A stretch of 64,000 nucleotides of DNA from Bdellovibrionales bacterium (GCA_965243065.1 CBDETO010000005.1:1742634-1806633); one strand, 5' to 3'; counted from the first letter of the stretch, positions 47,246 to 56,702 are shown. Notes: a model not told the origin generated them from the letters alone. A program made the numbers and translations.

Positions 47246-48184
47246 ATGATGGAAGAAAAGTCTTTTCACTTTAAAAGGGATTTTCCTTTAAATATTCCCC
47301 AGATGGATCTTTTGTATCAAAATCTGTTTTCAAGGGGAAAAACACTGAGAGCAACCATGACATGTCATGTGGCTGCCTGTTTGAATATTTCTAAAGAGAA
47401 AAGCGATAAATTAGGAAAGATAGTGGAGTATATTCATCAGTCTTCTATTTTACATGATGATGTGATTGATGCCTCTCCTATTCGGAGGGGGGCTTTATCC
47501 AGCTGGATGCAGTATTCGGTAAGAAAAGCGGTTTTAGCGGGAGATTATTTGTTAGCCCAGGCGGCGGAGAGTACAGCTGAGATGAACAATATAGCTTTGA
47601 TGAAATTGACAGCTAGTGTATTAAAAAAACTAGTGGAAGGGGAATGGATGCAGTCCTCTCTTAAAAACCGGGAAAGTATGTCGGAATTAGATAAAGTGTA
47701 TGAGTTAAAAACAGCTTCTCTTTTTCAGTGGAGCTTGAGAGCTCCTTTTTTGGTGGTGAATCGTTATGAAGAGGAGCTTCATAGTTGTTTAAATCGGATA
47801 GGAGCTTTGATGGGTGTGTTGTTTCAAAGAGCGGATGATCTGTTGGATTTTAATATTAGAAATAAGGAAAATAAAACCACTTTTAAGGATATGGAAGAGG
47901 GATATTTTAATTCTTTTGCTGTGTATCTGTCGGAGGGAAAGACTCCTCACTTTCGATCTCAGTTACGGGCCTGTCGTTCTTTAAAAGAGGTGAAAGCTCT
48001 TTTTGTGGAAAAGGAGTTTGAAGATATTTTAGGCTCTTTTGATGAAGAGAATAAAAAAAGAATACAGGACTGTCAGAATGAAATAGAGAATTCGCTCAAG
48101 CTAAAGCTTCTTAAGTCGGAGCAGGCTTTGATTGATGGACTAAAACCTTGGCCCCGGCAATTTTATTGGAGACAGAGTGTCTGA
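47246..48184 (+). CDS. Long-chain polyprenyl diphosphate synthase
   Basis: GKTLR, LHDDVID..RRG, GDYL, KTASLF and FQRADDLLD motifs. Confidence 0.9.
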   Translation: MMEEKSFHFKRDFPLNIPQMDLLYQNLFSRGKTLRATMTCHVAACLNISKEKSDKLGKIVEYIHQSSILHDDVIDASPIRRGALSSWMQYSVRKAVLAGDYLLAQAAESTAEMNNIALMKLTASVLKKLVEGEWMQSSLKNRESMSELDKVYELKTASLFQWSLRAPFLVVNRYEEELHSCLNRIGALMGVLFQRADDLLDFNIRNKENKTTFKDMEEGYFNSFAVYLSEGKTPHFRSQLRACRSLKEVKALFVEKEFEDILGSFDEENKKRIQDCQNEIENSLKLKLLKSEQALIDGLKPWPRQFYWRQSV

Positions 48185-49106
48185 ATCTCAAGAGTGGAAG
48201 AAAAAGTTTGAAGAGCTTTCCGCTCTCCTGCAAGAAAAAGACCAAGCTTTAAAAGAGTACAGGCAAATCATTGAGCAAAGTAATCAAATGATAAAAGAGG
48301 TCATGGAAAAATTATCTGTTGAGTTAAAAATGGCCCATCAGATTCACCGTGTTTTGTTACCGGTAGATCTACCGGTTATTGCTAATTGTGAGTTTAGCTT
48401 TAAATTCCGTCCGGCCCCGAAGGGGGAAGGTAAGGACTTTTATGAAGTTTTACCTCACTTAAATAAAAAATCTTTTAGTATTATTATGTCCAGTTGTGCC
48501 TCTCATGCTCTGTCCGCTTTGCTTTTCTCTGCTCGTTTAAAAATGATGAGTCGGGGAGAGGAGGTAAATCAACTTCAGCCGCATGAGTTTATGACTCGTT
48601 TATCTGAAGAAATTAATATGGATACCTCCCAACTATCCGCCGGGGGGATGTCTATATCTGAACCTTTAAAAGAAAGAGTGGCTTTATTTTATGCTTTTAT
48701 AGATCAGAAAACCTATCAGATGTCTTATTGTTTAGTGGGGGATATTGTGGCTTTAGTGCAATATGCAGAATCAGGTGAAATAAAGGCTATGAGTGCTTCT
48801 GCTGGTTCATTGGAAAAAAAGGAGATTGGTAATTTAAAAACAGATAAGATATCCTTAAATGGAAAAGATCGTCTTATTTTATGTAGCCCTGGAGTATTAC
48901 ATTGTCAGTCTCCCGATGGAGGTTTCTACTCTTTGTCCGCTTTGAAAAAGACTCTTCAAAATAAAAATCTGTCTTCTGTGCATGAAGTAAGAAATAAAAT
49001 TCTCTATGATCTGGAATCTTTTGCGCAAGGTCGTCCATCGGAGAAAGATCAAAGTGTATTGTTGATGGAAGTAAAAAGTCGTATATTAAAACTGGCTACA
49101 TTATAA
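48177..49106 (+). CDS. SpoIIE/PP2C-like phosphatase-domain protein (degenerate active site)
   Basis: Coiled coil plus ELKMAHQIHRVLLP, GKDFYE, DRLILCSPG and DQS motifs. Confidence 0.75.
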   Translation: MSESQEWKKKFEELSALLQEKDQALKEYRQIIEQSNQMIKEVMEKLSVELKMAHQIHRVLLPVDLPVIANCEFSFKFRPAPKGEGKDFYEVLPHLNKKSFSIIMSSCASHALSALLFSARLKMMSRGEEVNQLQPHEFMTRLSEEINMDTSQLSAGGMSISEPLKERVALFYAFIDQKTYQMSYCLVGDIVALVQYAESGEIKAMSASAGSLEKKEIGNLKTDKISLNGKDRLILCSPGVLHCQSPDGGFYSLSALKKTLQNKNLSSVHEVRNKILYDLESFAQGRPSEKDQSVLLMEVKSRILKLATL

Positions 49107-49407
49107 ACCCAGAGGGTTTTGATAGTTGAATTATATAAACAGAGAGCTTCTTTCAAGATAGAATAGAAACTAAAAGGCTCAGACATGCGTTTTGCCACAG
49201 AGCAACCTATGGTTGCTCATGTGTCAAGCTTGTCCCCGAGAAAGCGGGAATCCGAACTCGCTTTTAGTTCCTATTCTATCTTGAAGAATACACTACATTA
49301 TAAACCCAGAGGGTTTTGATGGTTGAATTATATAAAATTTATGATGATATGTCATTCCCGTGAAAACGGGAATCTCAAACCCAGAGGGTTTTGATAGTTG
49401 AACTCCA
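49096..49407. repeat. 44-bp direct repeats (family D) flanking a family B MITE, plus a REP
   Basis: 49096-49139 matches 49293-49336 with one mismatch; third partial copy at 49377-49402; MITE at 49152-49285; REP at 49350-49374. Confidence 0.8.
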
Positions 49408-49429
49408 TTAACATCTATTTTATAATTTT

Positions 49430-50104
49430 ATGTCTAAAGAAGCTTTAAAAACTAAAAAACAGAGAGTAAAAAAAGTGGTTCATCTTCTTAAGAGGTATCA
49501 CCCTAAAGCAGACTGTGCTCTTTACCATAAAAATCCAGTTCAACTTTTAGTAGCAACAGTATTGAGCGCGCAATGTACAGACAAAAGAGTAAATCAAGTA
49601 ACGAAAACTCTTTTTAAAAAGTACCCTACAGCTAAAGCTTTTGCTTCAGCGAATTTAAGGGAATTAGAGCAGGAAATACATTCCACTGGTTTTTTTCGTT
49701 CTAAAGCTCAAAATATAAAAGCGGCTTGTCAAAAAATTCAAAAAGAATTTAAAGGGAAAGTGCCGAGTTGTTTAGAAGATTTATTGACCTTACCCGGGGT
49801 AGGTCGAAAGACCGCCCATGTTATTTTAGGGACCGCTTTTCAAATCAGCTCAGGGGTGGTGGTGGATACACATGTGCGCAGGCTTTCCAATAGACTACAT
49901 TTTACAAACTCTAAAGATCCGGAAAAAATAGAAAAAGATCTAAATTATCTTTTACCTAAAAAAGAATGGATTTATTTTTCTCATGCTTTGATTTTACACG
50001 GGCGGGAGGTGTGTAAAGCTCGTGCTCCAAGGTGCAACACTTGTTTTTTAGAGGAGTTTTGCCCTAAGAAGGGGGTGGAAAAAAGATATATGGGTTCGGT
50101 ATAA
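49430..50104 (+). CDS. nth: Endonuclease III
   Basis: LSAQCTD, LPGVGRKTA, VDTHV and the 4Fe-4S CxxxxxxCxxCxxxxxC motif. Confidence 0.96.
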   Translation: MSKEALKTKKQRVKKVVHLLKRYHPKADCALYHKNPVQLLVATVLSAQCTDKRVNQVTKTLFKKYPTAKAFASANLRELEQEIHSTGFFRSKAQNIKAACQKIQKEFKGKVPSCLEDLLTLPGVGRKTAHVILGTAFQISSGVVVDTHVRRLSNRLHFTNSKDPEKIEKDLNYLLPKKEWIYFSHALILHGREVCKARAPRCNTCFLEEFCPKKGVEKRYMGSV

Positions 50105-50125
50105 TCTAGGAGGTATAAACTTTTT

Positions 50126-51127
50126 ATGTCTTTAAAAAAAGTTATTGTTTTATTTGTTATTGTTATTGCTTTAGGAATCGGTGTTTTATCTTTTTGGTGG
50201 CGAGCGGTTCCTCAAAAAAAAGTTTTAAGAGTGATGACTTACTCTTCCTTTGTAGGTGTTTTTGGCCCAGGGGTTCATATTAAAAAGGAATTTGAAAAAA
50301 TATGTGATTGCCGCGTGAAGTGGATTAAAGTGCCAGATTCCACTTTGTTTGTTCAGAGGTTAAGTTTAAAAGAGGATGGTTTTAATACGGATGTGGTTTT
50401 AGGTTTGGATCAACTTTCTTTAAAGGCGGCTAAGACACTCCCCTGGAAAAAAACAAAAGTAAAAAGAGATGTACTTACTTTTCCGGCTAGGGATTTTTTA
50501 TCAGATGAGTTTATCCCTTACGATTGGTCGCCGATGAGTTTTTTAGCTAGAGAAAAGTTGGATGAAATGAATTTAAGCGATTTATTGGAAGAAAAATATA
50601 AAAATAATATCTCTCTTCCATCTCCTCGTACCAGCACAGTGGGATGGCAGTTTTACTATTGGATATGGTTTGTGTTTAAAGAAAAAACCGAGGAATTTTT
50701 AAAAAAATTTAAAGATCGGCTTTATGGTTTACCGCCCTCCTGGTCCACCTCTTATGCTCTCTTTCAAAGAGGTCATGTGAGTTTAAGTTTTTCTTATTTA
50801 AGCTCTTTGCTTTATCACCAGGAGCAAAATCAGCCGGCTTTTCGGTTTGTTTTATTTAAGGAAGGACATCCTTTTCAGGTGGAACTTATGGCGGTCTCCG
50901 GTTTTTGCACACAATGTGAATTAGCTCGCTCTTTCGTTCATTTTTTACTGACACCGAGGATTCAAGATTTAATTGAGCAAAAAAACTATATGTTCCCGGT
51001 TATTCATTTAAACCAGGATAGTCCATTTAAGGATAGGCTTTTTAAATTGAAACTCATTCAATATGATCCTGTTTTTTTGGATCATAAGGAAAAATGGCTG
51101 AATAAGTGGGACCGACTGATGAAATAG
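50126..51127 (+). CDS. thiB: Thiamine ABC transporter substrate-binding protein
   Basis: TYSSF..GPG, DVVLGLD, PYDW, PRTSTVG and WSTSY motifs. Confidence 0.8.
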   Translation: MSLKKVIVLFVIVIALGIGVLSFWWRAVPQKKVLRVMTYSSFVGVFGPGVHIKKEFEKICDCRVKWIKVPDSTLFVQRLSLKEDGFNTDVVLGLDQLSLKAAKTLPWKKTKVKRDVLTFPARDFLSDEFIPYDWSPMSFLAREKLDEMNLSDLLEEKYKNNISLPSPRTSTVGWQFYYWIWFVFKEKTEEFLKKFKDRLYGLPPSWSTSYALFQRGHVSLSFSYLSSLLYHQEQNQPAFRFVLFKEGHPFQVELMAVSGFCTQCELARSFVHFLLTPRIQDLIEQKNYMFPVIHLNQDSPFKDRLFKLKLIQYDPVFLDHKEKWLNKWDRLMK

Positions 51128-51185
51128 TTGTATGTCGTAACTCTTATTTCGACTGGGCAGCCTAGAATAAAGGAAATAAAAAGCT

Positions 51186-52661
51186 ATGCAGGTAAATAGC
51201 ACCAGGTTTTTTTCTTTTTTTCTTGTTGCTCTTGTGCTTTTTCCGATTTTTGTTTTTTTATTTAAAATACCTTTTTTGCGGATTCCTCCTCTTTTTGAGT
51301 GGGTTAAAGTGTTGCTCTCCACTTTGTTGCAGGCGGGACTGAGTGCTTTTTTTTCTGTTTTATTTGGGATTTTTGGTTCTTTAGGGCTTTGTGCTTTTTC
51401 TAATAGTGTAAAAAAAAAAGGACTGGAACTGTTTTGTCTTCTGCCCGCTTTGCTTCCTCCTTTGATTCCGGTTTTGGCTTGGATTAATGTATCTGAGTTT
51501 TTTTATCATTTTCCGTTTTCTTTTTATTCTGTTTTAGCTGTTCATGTATTAATGAATACAGGTCTTGTTTCCGTTTTCTTTTTTCGGTTGTTTCAAAATC
51601 AAACCGGTTGCCTGCCAGCCTGGGCGTTTTTACATGGTGTAAGTCGCTTATCTTTTCTAAAAAAGATATTATTTTTTGAGTTTAGAAAAGATATAGTACT
51701 GATTTTCTTATTAATATTTTCTTTTTGTTTTACTAGTTTTTCCGTTCCCTTGCTGGTGGGCGGGGTCAGTGGTCAAACGATAGAAGTATTTATTGCGGAA
51801 AAACTTAAAGACCCGGCTACCTGGTCGGAGGCGATGAGTTTATTTATTATAGAAACCCTGTTTATTTTTATACTTTTTATTTTGTTGTACGGAAAAAAAG
51901 GAAAAGTGAACCAGATAGTGAATCAAAATAAAAGTTTATATTTATTGCCTTGTCTGCCGTTTTTGATTTTACCGGTATTACCTTCTTTGTTAATGTTTTT
52001 CGGCTTAGGGGATGTTTTTTCTTCAGAAACTATCTGGGGGGATTTATTTACTATTAAAGAGAGTGTGGTTAGGGCTGTTATACAAACTTTGTTTGTGGGT
52101 ATAGGGACAGGACTATTGGTGCTTTTTTTATTATCTTTTGTGGCTTTTTGCCTACGGGATCTTTTTTTGCGTCGTTTTCTTGTTGCCTATTCAGGAGCTT
52201 CCGTGGCTTTTATGGGTTTTGCTTTTTTACTCATAGGTTCGGATGGACCTATAGCAGTAAAGGTGAAATGGTCTCTTGGTTTAGCTTTGCTTTTTTTACC
52301 CGCCTTATATCGTTTAATGGGAGAGTCGGTTTTACGACGATTAAACAATCAAATCCAACTGGCTGATCTTATGGGAGCAGGAAGGATTTTAAGTTTTATT
52401 AAAATTATCTGGCCTCAATGTGCCAGTACTTTCTTTTTTCTTTCCGGTATAGGAGCTTTTTGGGCTTGTGGGGATTTTGCATATTCTTCTATTGTGGCCG
52501 GTGAGCAGATGCATTTGGCACTACTTATTCAAGATTTATTTTCTTCTTATCGTTTTGAACTGGCCACAGTGCTCACCTGGTTCTTGATTTTAAGTGGCAC
52601 TTTTTGTTTTTCTTTGTTTGCAGGAGGGGCTTTTGTCCTACATAAAAAATCTTATTTGTAA
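51186..52661 (+). CDS. thiP: Thiamine ABC transporter permease
   Basis: Duplicated permease; TLLQAGLSA and FCFTSFSVPLLVGG motifs. Confidence 0.75.
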   Translation: MQVNSTRFFSFFLVALVLFPIFVFLFKIPFLRIPPLFEWVKVLLSTLLQAGLSAFFSVLFGIFGSLGLCAFSNSVKKKGLELFCLLPALLPPLIPVLAWINVSEFFYHFPFSFYSVLAVHVLMNTGLVSVFFFRLFQNQTGCLPAWAFLHGVSRLSFLKKILFFEFRKDIVLIFLLIFSFCFTSFSVPLLVGGVSGQTIEVFIAEKLKDPATWSEAMSLFIIETLFIFILFILLYGKKGKVNQIVNQNKSLYLLPCLPFLILPVLPSLLMFFGLGDVFSSETIWGDLFTIKESVVRAVIQTLFVGIGTGLLVLFLLSFVAFCLRDLFLRRFLVAYSGASVAFMGFAFLLIGSDGPIAVKVKWSLGLALLFLPALYRLMGESVLRRLNNQIQLADLMGAGRILSFIKIIWPQCASTFFFLSGIGAFWACGDFAYSSIVAGEQMHLALLIQDLFSSYRFELATVLTWFLILSGTFCFSLFAGGAFVLHKKSYL

Positions 52662-53280
52662 TCAAGGTGATTTTAAGCTGGATATTCCTTTTATGGAATG
52701 GCCGGATAAAGGAGTGAGTGTTTTAACAGGGCCTTCCGGTTCTGGAAAAAGCACTTTGGCCTTGGCTTTGTGTGGCTTAAAAAAAGTGGAAAAAGGCTTC
52801 CAGTGGATTTGTAAAGGCAAGGACATGGCTCTTCTTTCTCCTCCTGACAGGAATATTTCCTTAATGTTTCAAAGTTTGGAACTTTTTCCTCATGTCAGTG
52901 CAGAACAAAATATTTTGTTTCCAGCGCAGGCTCGAAAAAGAGATAAACAAGAGATAGAAAAACGAATGTGTGTGTTACAAGAACATTTAAAGCTTTTTTC
53001 TTTTTTAAAAAAGCCGGTGTTTATGCTTTCCGGCGGGGAAAAGCAAAGGGTGGCTTTAGCCAGAGCTTTGATAGTAAAACCCCGGTTTTTAATTTTAGAT
53101 GAGCCGTTTTCCTCCTTAGATGTGCAGTTAAGAAAGCAGGCAGCTAGTTTACTTAAAAAAATTTTGGAGTGGGAGAGATGTCCTACCCTTCTCATTTCCC
53201 ATAGTGAAGAGGAGATAAAATTTTTAGCTCAAAAGGTTTTTTATATTCATAAGGGACAATTACACTCTAATAGAGTATAG
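52633..53280 (+). CDS. thiQ: ABC transporter ATP-binding protein (ThiQ-like)
   Basis: GPSGSGKST, LSGGEKQR and LDEPF motifs. TTG 52633 after GGAGG. Confidence 0.75.
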   Translation: MSYIKNLICNQGDFKLDIPFMEWPDKGVSVLTGPSGSGKSTLALALCGLKKVEKGFQWICKGKDMALLSPPDRNISLMFQSLELFPHVSAEQNILFPAQARKRDKQEIEKRMCVLQEHLKLFSFLKKPVFMLSGGEKQRVALARALIVKPRFLILDEPFSSLDVQLRKQAASLLKKILEWERCPTLLISHSEEEIKFLAQKVFYIHKGQLHSNRV

Positions 53281-53520
53281 ACTGAGTCGCCCATACCCAA
53301 TTATAAGTAAAGACAAATAAAAAAAGAAATACCGTTTTTAAAGACACTATGTTTGTATATCTCATGTAAAAATGGTTTAATACTATTGTTTTCTGTCTTT
53401 TTAAAGATTAAGGTATTGCGTATAACTTATTTTGAAGAAGCAAACTGGTAAAAAAATAGGAAAGAGGGCAGAAAATAAAACTTCCAAGAGAGAAAATCAC
53501 ACTAAATAGGATTAGCTGAT

Positions 53521-55575
53521 ATGAAGGATGGGAACCCTCTAGTTAAAAATTTTAAAAGAAAAAATACTTTATTTCCTCAGACTAAAAATAAACCAAAATA
53601 TTCTGTGTTTGTAGAAGATGGCAAAGGAAAAAAGTGGGAGCTGGCCGATCCTAGAATAACCCGTTTGGCTTTAGCTTTAATGGATATGCAGGCAGGGCTG
53701 GGGGGGGCAGCCAGCCACTGGGGAGGACCTTCCGCTTTTGCGGAAATGGTGTCGGCTCTTTATGCTGTAGTTTTTCGGTTGGCTAATAAGGAAGATCGCC
53801 CTTGGTATGACTTATTTCATTTGATTAATGATGCTGGTCACTGTGAAAACGGGCTTTATGCTATTAAAGCTAATTACGGTATGGGGGGGCTTAGTTTTAA
53901 AGATTTAAAAGGATTCAGATCTATAGATAGCCCTTTGACAGGACATGGGGAAGCTCATCTTTTTCCGGAGGGGGTGTATTTAAGTAATGGCCCCTTAGGT
54001 TCCACTTTGGCACAAGCTCAGGGTCTTTGCATGGCGGATGGTCTGGCGGGGTTAAAGCGATCCACCCTTGTTTTAATGTCGGACGGAGCTTGTATGGAGG
54101 GAGAGGCAAAAGAAGCTTTTCATTCTATCCCGGGTTTTTTTCAAAAAAATGAGATGAATCCTTTTATCGTGATCGTTAGTGATAATAACACTAAATTAAG
54201 TGGCCGCATTGATGAAGATAGTTTTCCTTTAAATCCCTTTTTTAAATCTTTGGAAACAGTGGGGTGGAAGTATGTAGAGCTTTCTTCGGCTCATGATTTA
54301 AAAAGTTGTGTAAATACTTTAGAAGAGGTGTTGACGGGTTCTTTTTCTACTTTAAAAACGCAGCCGGTTTTTATTCATGCCAAGACCATCAAAGGTTATG
54401 GTGTAGAGGCCACACAAAAAGCCCCGCACGGAGGGCATGGCTTCCCTCTTAAAAATACGGAAAAGCTTTTGGATTTTTTAGAGGAAATTTATGGTGGGAG
54501 GGATATACCGATTGAGTTTTTAGATTGGGCTAAGGAATTGGATCGGAAGAGTCAGGAATTAAAAAAGAAAAAATCTATGGGTTCAGATACAAAGAAGGTA
54601 AAAGTGCAGGAAGGAATAGGGAAAGCTATGATCCATTGTCGGGAGGAAAAAGCTTTGCCTGTGGTATCGGTGAGTGCGGACCTTCAAGGTTCTACGGGAG
54701 TTCTTCCTTTTAGAAAAAAGTTTCCTGATTTTTCTTTTGATGTGGGAGTGGCCGAAGCGAATATGGTTTCTTTAGCTGCCGGTTTTTCCAAGCAGGGTTT
54801 TATTCCTGTGGTGGATACTTTTACTCAATTTGGTGTTACTAAGGGGGCTCTTCCTTTGTTTATGGCTAATTTGTCGCAAGCCCCAGTGATAGCTGTTTTT
54901 TCCCATGCCGGACTTCAGGATGCCGCTGACGGAGCCTCTCACCAGTGCCTCACCTATCTGGCTAAAACCTGTGCTCTGCCTATGACAGATGTTTATTGTT
55001 TGAGTTCCAGTGAAGAGGCTTTTTCTTTAATGACCCAGGCTATAGAGTCTTTTGCTCAGGCTTATAAAGAAGGAAAAGTGCCCAGAACAAAAATCTTTTT
55101 TTTAGGGAGGGAGATTTTTCCTCCTACTTATTTGCCTGAAGATTATTCCTATAAACTGGGGCAAGCACAGATTGTTTATTCTCAATTGGAAAATAAAGAA
55201 AAAGCTCTGACATTATGGACGGCGGGGCCTTTGTTAGAGCAAGCTTTGAGGGCGGGCCAGATTCTTTTTGAAAAAGGGTGGAAAATTATAGTGGTGAATG
55301 CTTCTATTGTTAATTACCCTGATATGGAAACACTTCTTTCTTGTTTGGAGAAAACCCATTTTCGTTTGTTGACTATAGAAGATCATCGTTTACCAGGGGG
55401 TATGGGTTCTTTGGTGGCGCAGACCTTAGCCATGAAAGGGGTATCCGTGGATATGCACTCTTTAGCCGTAAAGTCAGATTTTGGTCGGAGTGCTTATAGG
55501 TCTTCTCAGCTATATAAACAGGAAAAACTTATGGCGGAAGATATTGTGAAAGTTTCTTTATCCAAGTGGTCTTAG
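53521..55575 (+). CDS. tkt: Transketolase-family TPP enzyme (single chain)
   Basis: SHWGG, AGH, GH, GPLGS, SDGACMEG..NN TPP motif, GVAEANMV and DGASHQ motifs. Confidence 0.8.
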   Translation: MKDGNPLVKNFKRKNTLFPQTKNKPKYSVFVEDGKGKKWELADPRITRLALALMDMQAGLGGAASHWGGPSAFAEMVSALYAVVFRLANKEDRPWYDLFHLINDAGHCENGLYAIKANYGMGGLSFKDLKGFRSIDSPLTGHGEAHLFPEGVYLSNGPLGSTLAQAQGLCMADGLAGLKRSTLVLMSDGACMEGEAKEAFHSIPGFFQKNEMNPFIVIVSDNNTKLSGRIDEDSFPLNPFFKSLETVGWKYVELSSAHDLKSCVNTLEEVLTGSFSTLKTQPVFIHAKTIKGYGVEATQKAPHGGHGFPLKNTEKLLDFLEEIYGGRDIPIEFLDWAKELDRKSQELKKKKSMGSDTKKVKVQEGIGKAMIHCREEKALPVVSVSADLQGSTGVLPFRKKFPDFSFDVGVAEANMVSLAAGFSKQGFIPVVDTFTQFGVTKGALPLFMANLSQAPVIAVFSHAGLQDAADGASHQCLTYLAKTCALPMTDVYCLSSSEEAFSLMTQAIESFAQAYKEGKVPRTKIFFLGREIFPPTYLPEDYSYKLGQAQIVYSQLENKEKALTLWTAGPLLEQALRAGQILFEKGWKIIVVNASIVNYPDMETLLSCLEKTHFRLLTIEDHRLPGGMGSLVAQTLAMKGVSVDMHSLAVKSDFGRSAYRSSQLYKQEKLMAEDIVKVSLSKWS

Positions 55576-55775
55576 GCTTGAGTCATTCCCGCAGAAGTGG
55601 AAGTAAAAGTGAGAAAGATATTTAGTGATTATAAAATGTTATGAAATAAAATAGCGTTTCCTACATAGAACTAACATTTTTCATTATTAACCAGGCTGTC
55701 TAGTCGAAACGGTGGCCACGCCAAATTGGGGGCCAAAGCACTACTAATTCTTGTTTAAATTTCTGAGGTTTTTAC

Positions 55776-55895
55776 TGGATCCCCGCTTTTGCGGGGATGA
55801 CAATTTTCGTATGGATGACACTTTTCGTATGGATGACACTTTTCGTATGGATGACAATTTTCGTATGGATGACAATTTTCGTATGGATGACAATT
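55776..55895. repeat. REP hairpin followed by an 18-bp tandem array (about 5.6 copies)
   Basis: ggatccccgcttttgcggggatgac, then ggatgaca(a/c)ttttcgtat at 55795, 55813, 55831, 55849, 55867 and 55885. Confidence 0.9.
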
Positions 55896-56151
55896 ATTTA
55901 TACACTTCTTTTCTGTGACCGATTTTAATAACAAAAATAGTAACGACTTTCTTTTCAATAGAATAAATTATTCGATAATCTCCCACTCTTCTTTTCATTA
56001 GTCCTTTTAGGTTTCTTCTTAAGGGAGTTCCAAATCGTATAGGGTCCATCATCAATTTTTCTTCAATAGTTCTTTTTATAAGATATCTTGTTTTTTCAGG
56101 AATATTTTTAAGGTCTTTTTGTACAGAGCGTTTATAAATGATTTTCCACAT
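55894..56151 (-). CDS. relE: RelE/ParE-family toxin
   Basis: RRVGDYRIIY and IGHRKEVY motifs. Confidence 0.9.
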   Translation of the reverse strand: MWKIIYKRSVQKDLKNIPEKTRYLIKRTIEEKLMMDPIRFGTPLRRNLKGLMKRRVGDYRIIYSIEKKVVTIFVIKIGHRKEVYK

Positions 56152-56376
56152 TTACTTTATGGACCATATTTTTTTATGTGATAGTGTAGGCTCTGCTTTT
56201 CTTTCTGCGGCAATTTGAGCAAAGTAAAGATCTTCTTGAAGTTCTAAGGCTTCTTTTGTGAGTTCAATAACTATAGCGGATAAAGAAGGGGATTTTCTGG
56301 TTTTTCTCAGTTTTTCCAGTTGATTGTAAAGGTGAGGATCTACTGTCAGGTTAATTCTTTTATTAGTTGTAGGCAT
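56152..56376 (-). CDS. Putative ribbon-helix-helix antitoxin
   Basis: RINLTVD..LY beta-strand/helix pattern, ALELQED, directly upstream of the toxin. ATG 56376 lies downstream of the promoter. Confidence 0.8.
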   Translation of the reverse strand: MPTTNKRINLTVDPHLYNQLEKLRKTRKSPSLSAIVIELTKEALELQEDLYFAQIAAERKAEPTLSHKKIWSIK

Positions 56377-56408
56377 TTTTATTTTCCTTTTGTTTCTTGA
56401 AAAGAAAA

Positions 56409-56446
56409 TGTTACTTAAGTGTAACACCTTGATATTGTCTTGTCAA
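56409..56446 (-). promoter_or_regulatory. Sigma70 promoter and palindromic operator of the TA operon
   Basis: Minus strand TTGACA-N17-TACACT. The inverted repeat TGTTAC-N6-GTAACA (56409-56426) overlaps the -10 box. Confidence 0.75.
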
Positions 56447-56471
56447 GCTTTATGGAGATGAGAGGGAAGCT

Positions 56472-56702
56472 TTATTCTGTTTTTTCGTTGGGTGAAGAAG
56501 AAGATTCCTGGGGATTTGTGCCGTTTTCTTTAGAGGAAAGAGTTTGATTATTTTCCGGGGTATCTGGTTTTTCTTCCAGACCTTTTTTAAAGTCTCTTAA
56601 GGCTTCTCCTAAGGATTTTCCAAACTCCCTAATTCTTTTATGACCGAAGAGGAGAAGAAAAATACCAAGAATGATTAAAATCTGCCAAAGTGATGGATAC
56701 AT
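56472..56702 (-). CDS. tatA: Twin-arginine translocase subunit TatA
   Basis: LLLFG.KRI..GKSLGEALRDFKK motif; GGAGG before ATG 56702. Confidence 0.9.
   Translation of the reverse strand: MYPSLWQILIILGIFLLLFGHKRIREFGKSLGEALRDFKKGLEEKPDTPENNQTLSSKENGTNPQESSSSPNEKTE

Noticed and set aside
50104-50126. TPP riboswitch before thiB
   Set aside because: Only about 20 bp of intergenic space and no TPP consensus.
55755-55958. ORF with CHPYEN repeats
   Set aside because: It is a by-product of the 18-bp REP-end array and overlaps relE.
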